The notes beneath the pieces are model-generated. The model did no database searches and was not told where the DNA came from. It saw only the letters and a list, made by a program, of their open reading frames with translations. Below, piece after piece: positions 56,082-64,000 of a stretch of 64,000 nucleotides of DNA. The stretch's first letter is position 1, and each line of letters begins with the position of its first letter. This stretch comes from an uncultured Planctomycetaceae bacterium (GTDB lineage: Bacteria > Planctomycetota > Planctomycetia > Isosphaerales > Isosphaeraceae). The position numbers and the translations under genes are program-made. Location: the NCBI GenBank assembly GCA_963833985.1, contig CAWIAD010000002.1, positions 4,160,001 to 4,224,000 of the forward strand, given 5' to 3'.

Positions 56082-57824
56082 ATGTCCACCGTGGAAATCC
56101 CCACCCCGAACGGGGCTGGTCAGGCATTCGAGCCGGAGGCGGTCCAGCCCGAGCTGACGCGCTCGCAGAAGGTCCGGCTGGTCGTCAAGGTCGTCGAGCT
56201 GAGGCTCCGGTTCGTGTTGCTCATGGCATTGACCGGCCTGGTCTTCGCGTACTGGGACACGCTCTGGAACCGTTACGAGAAGTGGATGCGCCCGCATGAG
56301 CCGCACGTGGCGTCGGCCCCGGTTCAGGGATTCGAGTATTTCTGCCCCATGCACCCGAGCGTGGTGCAGGAGCAGCCGGGCAACTGCCCGATCTGCGGCA
56401 TGCCGCTCTCAAAGCGCAAGAAGGCGGAGAAAGCCCCGCTTCCCGAGGGAGTCGTCTCCCGCGTGCAGCTTGCGCCTTTCCGTATCGCCCAGGCCGGAAT
56501 ACGCACGGCCGAGGTCTCGGTCGTCCCACTCTCGGCCAGCCTGACGACGGTGGGATTTGTCAGCTTCGACGAGCGCAGGCTGGCCCGCATCTCGTCCACT
56601 CTCAAGGGGATGTCGCGGGTGGAGAAGCTCGCGGTCAATTTCACGGGAACACCCGTGAAGGCCGGAGACGTGCTGGCGGAGGTGTACAGCCCCGAGCTCT
56701 ACCAGGCCGTGCGCGAGCTGCTGCTCGCCCAGCGCAGGGCGCGCGAAACGGCCGCCCTGGACCGCACCACGGGGCGGTCGCCGCTGGGCGCAGGCGACGA
56801 GATGGTTCAGCTTGCCACGGAAAAACTCAGGCTCTGGGGAATCGCCCAGACGCAGATCGATGAGATCCTGCGCTCCGGCAAGGCCGACTACCGCATGCCC
56901 ATCAGCGCACCGCTCACCGGCGTGGTCGTCCGCAAGAACGTGGTCGAGGGGCAGTATGTCGCCGAGGGAGAGCCGCTCTTCGAGATCGCGGACCTGTCGC
57001 ACGTCTGGATCCTGGCCCAGGTCTACGAGGACCAGGTGGGGCTGGTGCACGTTGGGCAGCCGATCGAGGTCACGGTGGAGGCCTATCCCGGCGAGGTGTT
57101 CAAGGGTCAGGTCGCGTTCCAGGATCCCGTGCTCGACCCGCTCACGCGCACCCGGGGTGTTCGCCTCGACCTGGGGAACCCCGAGGGCAAGCTCCAGCCC
57201 GGAATGTTCGCCACCGTGACGCTCAGGGCGCCGCTGGCAGAAACGCCCGAGGCGCGCACCCGACTTGCCGCGGCCAGGAATTCGGGCGGCCAGGATGGAC
57301 GCGATGACAAAGTGACGATCGACGGCCAGCAGCTCTGCCCGGTCACCGAGGCCAAACTGGGCTCGATGGGCCAGCCGATTCCGGTGCAGCTCGCCAGCCG
57401 CAAGGTCTGGGTGTGCTGCAACCGCTGTCCGGAGAAGCTCAAGGCCGAGCCCGTGCGGTACCTGGCGCGGCTGGAGCCCCTGCCCGCCGGCACGATCTTC
57501 TCCGTGCCGGAATCGGCCGTGATCGACACCGGCGATCGCACGCTCGTCTACGTCGAGGCCCAGCCGGGCGTCTTCGAGGGCCGGCAGGTCGTCCTGGGCA
57601 CGCGCGTGGGCGACCGCTACCCGGTGCGCGCCGGGCTTTCTCGGGGTGACAGGGTGGCTGCCGCCGGGGCCTTCCTCATCGACGCCGAAACGCGCCTGAA
57701 CCAGGGCGCGGCAGCCACGGCCGGGCCCGCGCCCGCGACGGCCGATCAACCCGATCCGCCTGCGCCGCGGGCCGATCATCCCACCCACTCCGCCGCGACC
57801 GCAAGCGGAGTTCACCGGCACTGA
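56082..57824 (+). CDS. cusB: CusB-type RND periplasmic adaptor with metal-binding domains
   Basis: YFCPMHP...PGNCPICGMPL; YSPEL; LQPGMFA; YHS-like CPVT..LGSMG...CCNRC; FLIDAE; ends HRH. Confidence 0.9.
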   Translation: MSTVEIPTPNGAGQAFEPEAVQPELTRSQKVRLVVKVVELRLRFVLLMALTGLVFAYWDTLWNRYEKWMRPHEPHVASAPVQGFEYFCPMHPSVVQEQPGNCPICGMPLSKRKKAEKAPLPEGVVSRVQLAPFRIAQAGIRTAEVSVVPLSASLTTVGFVSFDERRLARISSTLKGMSRVEKLAVNFTGTPVKAGDVLAEVYSPELYQAVRELLLAQRRARETAALDRTTGRSPLGAGDEMVQLATEKLRLWGIAQTQIDEILRSGKADYRMPISAPLTGVVVRKNVVEGQYVAEGEPLFEIADLSHVWILAQVYEDQVGLVHVGQPIEVTVEAYPGEVFKGQVAFQDPVLDPLTRTRGVRLDLGNPEGKLQPGMFATVTLRAPLAETPEARTRLAAARNSGGQDGRDDKVTIDGQQLCPVTEAKLGSMGQPIPVQLASRKVWVCCNRCPEKLKAEPVRYLARLEPLPAGTIFSVPESAVIDTGDRTLVYVEAQPGVFEGRQVVLGTRVGDRYPVRAGLSRGDRVAAAGAFLIDAETRLNQGAAATAGPAPATADQPDPPAPRADHPTHSAATASGVHRH

Positions 57825-57841
57825 GACGAGCCTGATCCGCC

Positions 57842-60800
57842 ATGATCGCGCAAATCATCGAATGGTCGATCCGCAATCGCTATCTCGTCATCCTCGCGGC
57901 ACTCGTGCTGGGGTTGGCCGGCGCCCGGGCCCTGATGACCATGCCGGTCGACGCCATTCCCGACCTCTCGGAAAACCAGGTGATCGTCTTCACGGACTGG
58001 ATGGGCCGCAGCCCGCAGGAGATCGAGGACCAGGTCACATACCCGCTGTCGGTGAACCTCCAGGGCCTGGCCGGCGTGAACGTCGTGCGGTCGTCGAGCG
58101 AGTTCAACTTCTCGATGATCACCATCATCTTCGACGAGGCCACCGATTATTACTTCGCCCGCGAACGGGTGCTCGAGCGCCTCTCCGTTGCCTCGACGTT
58201 CCTGCCGCCGGGCGTCATCCCGTACCTCGCGCCCGACGCCACCGCGGTCGGCCAGATCTTCTGGTATACCGTCGAGGGCGACGGACGCGACCTGTCCGAG
58301 CTGCGCTCGATCCAGGACTGGTACGTCCGCTACCAGCTCAACTCGGTGCCCGGCGTGGCCGAGGTGGCCTCGGTCGGCGGCGCACCACGGGAGTACCAGA
58401 TCGACCTCGACCCGAACAAGCTGCGCGCCTACGGCATCAGCCTGGGCGAGGTCTACTCCGCCGTCGCGCGATCCAATTCGGCCGTCGGCGGCCGGGTGAT
58501 CCACCAGGGAAACGCCGAATACCTCATCCGCTCGGTCGGCTGGATTGAGAACCTCGACGACATTCGCGATACGGTTGTCGCGCGCAGGCGGAACGGAACC
58601 CCGATCTTCGTGCGGCAACTGGGCAGCGTCCAGATCGGGCCGGCGTTTCGCCGCAGCGCGCTGGAGAAGGATGGCAGGGAAACCGTCGGCGGGGTCGTGC
58701 TCATGCGCCACGGAGGCAACCCGCTCGAGGTGACGCGGAAGGTCAAGGAAAAGCTCAGTGCCCTTCAGGCCGGCCTTCCCGAGGGTGTCCGGATCGTCCC
58801 CTTCTACGACCGCAGCCCGCTCATTCACGGCGCCATCGAAACCGTCAGCGGCACGGTGCGCGAGGAGGCTCATCATCTGCACGCTGGCCATCCTGGTGGT
58901 GATGGGCCACCTCGGTGGAGCGTTCGTCGTCTCGCTCACGCTGCCCCTGGCCATCCTCTTCAGCTTCCTGATGATGCGTGCCGCCGGCGTCTCCTCGAAC
59001 ATCATGAGCCTGGCGGGCATCGCGATCAGCGTCGGCATCCTCATCGACCAGGCCGTCGTGATGGCCGAGAACGCGGCGCACCACCTGTCGCGCCGGTTCG
59101 GCCGCGAGCCGGTGCGCGGCGACACGTCGGAGATCGTCATCGCGGCGTGCCGCACCGTGGGCCGGCCGATCTTCTTCTCGGTGCTCATCACCATCCTCTC
59201 GTTCCTTCCCGTGTTCGCGCTCTCCGGCCGGGAGGGCAAGCTGTTTCACCCGCTCGCCTACACCAAGACATTCGCCCTCATCGGCGTGGCCGTGCTGTCG
59301 ATCACGCTCGTCCCCGCGCTCATTCCGATCTTCCTCAAGGGGCGCATCCGCTCGGAAGAGGAGAACTGGCTGGTACGAACGATGATCGAGATCTTCAAGC
59401 CCATGCTCGCCTGGCTGATGGACCGGCCGATGCTCGTGAGCTGGATGTTCGTGGTGATCGTCGGCCTGGGCTACGTTGCGTCCACCCACCTCGGCAACGA
59501 ATTCATGCCCGCGCTCGACGAAGGGTCGATCCTGGACATGCCCGAGACCGTGCCGCGCGCCTCGCTCACCCAGGCGGCCGACGACCTGAAGGCGCGTGAC
59601 GCGCTGCTGCGCGGGTTTCCGGAGGTCTGGCAGGTGGTCGGAAAGGTCGGACGGGCCGAGACGCCCACCGACCCCTCCGGCCTGGACATGATCGAGACGG
59701 TCATCAACCTCAGGGACCGCGGCCTGTGGCCGAGGCGCAAAATGCGGATCGAGGATGCCGCGGCCCAGGCGGGAATCGCCCTGAAGGCGCTGCAATCTCT
59801 GGGCGTGCTCCAGCCCGTGGCCCAGGGACAGGACCGAGGCCTGATCGATGAGGCCGCGATGGGCATCGTCAGCCAGCTTGACGCGGCTGCGCGAGACCTG
59901 GCAATGCTGCGGCTGGCGCGTTTCAACCCGAGCTCGGCCGGGCCCTGGTTGGCGACACGATCGACGAGCTGCTGCGGCGCGTCAGTCCAGCGGCCCTGCG
60001 CCGGCCGCTCACCCAGGCGGACCGTTCCGCCCTGATCGCCCTTCTGGTTCCGGTCCATGCCGAACATCTGGCGACGCAGCCGCTCCTCGACGACGTCTCG
60101 GTACTGGTGAAGGAGGCGTCGAACACGCTCATCGGCAAGGGCCTCCTGGAACCGCGGCCCGACCTCCTGAGCCCCCCGCCGGGGCCGCTCGAGCAGGCCG
60201 TCGCAAGCGTCCGGCGGCTGCTCGGAGAACCGCCGGCCAGCCTCTTCTCAAGGGTGACGGAGCGGATTGCCCAGGCTCACGAGCGCCGGCTCAAAGAGCG
60301 GGTGCAGAGCCTTAACTGGGAGCTCTTCGACCAGGCGGTGAGCCTCACGAACCGGGTCGCCATCGACGCGCTCATTCAGATTGGCCGCGAGCGCAAGCTC
60401 CTGGTGCGCGAGGCCTCTCTGGAAGAGCTCCAGTCCCTCCGCGCCGCGCTCGATAAACCCCTTTCCGACCGGCTCCTGCTGTGGCAGAAATCGAAAGGCG
60501 ACCTGGTGGCCGAGATGGATTCGGCCATCCAGGTGCCAGGCTGGGGCAATATCTTCACGCAGCCGATCATCAACCGCATCGAGATGCTCTCGACCGGCGT
60601 CCGGTCCCAGATCGGCGTGAAGATCTTCGGCGACGACCTGGGCCAGATCCAGAAAGTCAGCCAGGAGATCGCCGGAGTGCTCCGCACGGTGCCGGGCGCG
60701 GCCGACGTCGTGCCCGACCAGATCACGGGCAAGGGCTACGTCGAGATCAAGATCGACCGCAAGAAAGCCGCCCGCTACGGCATCTCGGTGGGCGACATCC

Positions 60801-61873
60801 AGGACGTGGTCGAGGTGGCCATGGGAGGCAAGCCGCTGACCATCACCGTCGAGAAGCGCGAGCGCTACCCGGTGCGCGTGCGTTACGCCCGCGCCTTCCG
60901 GGACGATGTGGAGGCTCTGAAGCGCATTCTGGTCTCCGCCGGCGCCCCCATGAAGGAAGGCGGAGGCGGAGGGTCTGGCGGCACGGAAATGGGCTCTGGC
61001 AATAACGGCGCAGCGCCCTTGACGGGTTCGAACGTGCCACAGCAGGTACCGCTCGCATCGGTGGCCGAGGTCCAGGTGGTGGAAGGACCGGCGATGATCA
61101 AGAGCGAGAACGGCAGGCTTCGCGCCTACGTTCAGCTCAGCGTGCGCCAGCGCGACGAGATCGGTTTCGTCACGGAGGCGAAGCGCGTCGTCGAACAGTC
61201 GGTACAGCTTCCGCCGGGCATGTACGTCGAATGGTCGGGCCAGTTCGAGCATCAGGTCCGGGCCCGTCAAACCCTGCGGCTTGTCTTCCCGGCCGTCATC
61301 ATCGTTATTGTGTTCATTCTTTACCTGACCTACCACAGCCTGATCGACACGATGCTGGTGATGACCAGCGTGCTGGGCGCCCTGGCCGGCGGTGCCATTT
61401 TCCAGTGGCTCTTCGGGTTCAACTTCAGCGTCGCCGTCTGGGTGGGTTACATCGCCTGCTTTGGCATGGCGGTTGAGACCGCAGTGGTCATGCTCGTCTA
61501 CCTGCGGGAAGCGATCGACGAGCGCGGAGGGCTGGCCGGTGTTCGTTCCGTCGCGGAATTGAGACAGGCCATCCTGGAAGGCGCCGTCCATCGCCTCCGC
61601 CCCAAGCTCTTGACAGAGGGCGCGGCGGTCCTCTCGATCGCACCCATGCTCTGGGCCACGGGAGTCGGCGCGGAAGTGATCCGGCCCATGGCCGCGCCCG
61701 TCCTGGGCGGCCTGCTCATCGCCGACGAGGTGATCGACGTGTTCCTGCCCGTGCTCTACTTCGCCGTCCAGAAATGGCGCTGGGAAAGGGCGCGCCGGTA
61801 CCGTCCCCTCGCGGACGACGGGGTTGCCGATGCACCGCGCGGCGAACGGAGCGAAGTCGCGATCACGACATGA
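57842..61873 (+). CDS. cusA: CusA-type heavy-metal RND permease, frameshifts near 58868 and 59928, large insertion
   Basis: DAIPDLSENQVIV, YPL, NIMSLAGIAISVG, EFMPALDEG, Met triad (LDMP, DMIET, IEMLSTG), RLRPKLLT, PMAAP. Confidence 0.92.
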
Positions 61874-61977
61874 ATTGTCGGCGCGGGCCGTCACTCGCTT
61901 ATCAGGTTCCGTAAAAGTAATATACTTGAACCATTGAAAGGGTGGGAATGTTAATGGGACAATAGACTTGTAAGAGA

Positions 61978-62072
61978 CTTGTTCCCACGCAGAGCGTGGG
62001 AACGAGGAAAAAACATATACAATTGGTAATAGATGTGCGAGAAACTTGCTCCCACGCGGAGCGTGGGAGCGA
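61978..62072. repeat. Pair of G(T/C)TCCCACGC-n3-GCGTGGGA(A/G)C REP palindromes in an AT-rich patch
   Basis: Stems at 61981-62003 and 62048-62070 differ by a compensatory base pair. Confidence 0.85.
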
Positions 62073-62251
62073 CGAACCAGCATATGCCCACACTCAACTT
62101 ATCCCGGCGGACTTCAGAATTGCAGCGCTGGCAAGCGGGTTCTGGACCAAGATCAATCGGGCGGGGTACCCTGGGAACGGTCCAGGTTCAGAGCTGAGAT
62201 CGTCTGAACAACGCACGTGGTGAAGCGGGCGACCCTACGCGGAGCAAGGTC

Positions 62252-64000
62252 ATGTCCGATGCCGGCATTGCGGCTACCGGCTACGACGTTTTCCTGTCGT
62301 TCGGCGCCCCGGATCGAGAATGGGTCCGCGGCCTGCGGGACCAGCTTATGGAGCTAGGCCTAACAGTCTTCCAGGATGAGCGCAGTTTGCGACCGGGAGA
62401 TCCGTGGGTCCTCGGCCTCAGCGACGCCATGCTCCACAGCCGATCGATGGCGCTGGTGCTCTCGGCCGAGACGCTCCATCGCAAATGGGTCGAGCCGGAA
62501 TGGACCTCGTTCCTCGCCGCTCATGGGCCGACCTCCGGCCGGCTCGTGCCCATCCTGCTCGAAGACTCCGTTCTGCCGCCGTACCTGAGCGCGATCCAGG
62601 TCTTGAACGCCCGCGACCGGGACGTCCAGCGCGTTGCCCGCGAGCTGGTCTCCCTGGTTGGCCGCCGTGGCGAACTTCCCCGGGGCGATGCACGCCGGCT
62701 CTACTTCGGCCAGCACCTCGTCTTCGTGCTGGAGCCGGACGGCAATGCGGTGACCATCAACGACGCCACCGGCCGACAGTCCCGCAGCCATCCGTCGCCC
62801 TGGTGCAGCGAGCCCCGCTTCACCTCCGCCCGCATCGGGTTTGATCGCCTGACCCGCCAGGCGATCGGTGACGACCACACCCGCGCCGAGCTGATCGGCC
62901 ACGCCACGACGCTCGGCGGTCTGCTCTTCGACCTGCTCTTTGATGTCAGAGCACTTGAGCTTCTGAGCTCCGCGACCATCCCCGGCCAGCCCCGTCCGCT
63001 GGCGACGATCCGCAGTGATGACGACCTGGTACTCTCGCTCCCCTGGGAGCTGCTGCACCACGACGGCCGGTTCCTGGTTCGTGACGGCGTCGTCGACCTG
63101 GTGCGTTCCATCCCCCAGGAAGTCGGCCCCGGCGCGTTCCTGCAACCGCCGGGCGAGCCGTTCAAGCTCGTGGTCAACGTTTCCGCTCCCGAGCATAGCG
63201 GCCTCGACTACGAGGCGGAAAGCTATCGCCTGACCCGCGCTGAGCGACCACTGCGAGCTTTTTCCCACCGACCTGGGGACGCTCGACGACCTGGTTCGAA
63301 CGGTCAAGGACAAGAAGCCCACGGGCATCCACTTCTCCGGCCGCGGCGGGCCGGGCGCGCTCACCTTCGAGGACGACGAGGGGCGGGCGAAACCGATTGC
63401 CGCCAGGGACCTGGTCGGCCGGCTCAAGGGGAACACCCCGGACGGTCTGCTGCCGCCGTTTTTCTACCTGGCGAACTGCCACGGCAACGACCCGGCCGCG
63501 CTTCAGCAAGGCCAAGCGGGCGTCGAGAGCCTGGCGGCGCGGCTGCACCGCGAGGGCGTGGCGCAGGTGGTCGCCTATGCCGGGCCAATCCTCGATGCGC
63601 TCTCGACCGAGGCCGAGGCCACGCTCTATGCCGAGATCGCCGCCGGCCAGACCACCCGCTACGCCGTGCGGCGGGCACGTGAGGCGATGATCCAAGCCAC
63701 CGGCTCGGCGCACGCGGCTTACCGTGAGGCGACGGCCCAGACCGTGGCCCATGCGGTACGGCAGACGCACCCGTTCGCCTGGTCGCAGCTCGTCCTCTAC
63801 CATCGCGGCGCCGACCACCCCTTGAGCCCGCCGCCCGAACCCGGTAAAGCGCGGCCGGTGTCCGAGAGGATCGAGCGAACCTTCCTCGACGCCGGCACGC
63901 GGCGGATCCTGACCACCGGCTTCATCGGCCGGCGCACCGAGCTGCACCGCCTCCGCCGCAAGCTCCGGGAGGGTCAGCGCGTGTTCGTGCTCCAGGGCCT
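62252..64000 (+). CDS. TIR + CHAT (caspase-like) + start of STAND NTPase, partial; frameshift near 63240
   Basis: YDVFLSF...WVEPEW (TIR); LPWELL, GTLDDL, GIHFSGRG, YLANCHG, PFAWSQLVLY (CHAT); FIGRRTEL...VFVLQGL (lead-in to Walker A). Confidence 0.85.

Noticed and set aside
61978..62072. Mini-CRISPR (leader, repeat, spacer, repeat)
   Set aside because: Only two non-identical palindromes, no GAAAC-type 3' end and no cas genes; fits a REP pair better.
60248..62083. 611-aa minus-strand ORF
   Set aside because: Antisense shadow of cusA.

Overview
High-GC bacterial DNA. Gene content (Ser/Thr kinase-TPR, redoxin-heme-monooxygenase fusion, NAxxSTGP-family protein, many REP-type palindromes) suggests a Planctomycete, probably Isosphaeraceae; this is an inference. 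About 40 genes are present, including pirin, POT peptide transporter plus S9 peptidase, fhs, LOG, kdsA, DAGK, a heterodimeric ABC exporter, a baeRF3/Balon-like factor, GH28, an ICDH/IPMDH-family enzyme, a KimA-like APC-USP fusion and a divergent Cus-type copper efflux locus. The window ends in a TIR-CHAT-STAND NTPase gene. About 16 frameshifts, several at CG dinucleotide runs and one in housekeeping fhs, look like long-read consensus errors rather than pseudogenes. Most notable: (1) an HUH/Y1 RAYT-like nuclease bracketed by inverted 68-bp double-hairpin repeats that show covariation, with a dispersed copy about 22 kb away; (2) an NLR-like TIR-CHAT-NTPase whose CHAT catalytic His is Arg; (3) a Cys-rich candidate metal-sensing leader ORF, a Met/Gly-rich secreted protein and a ~250-aa CusA insertion at the Cus locus; (4) at least four palindromic repeat families, one read in-frame inside a protein. 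No rRNA, tRNA, cas gene or convincing CRISPR array was seen.
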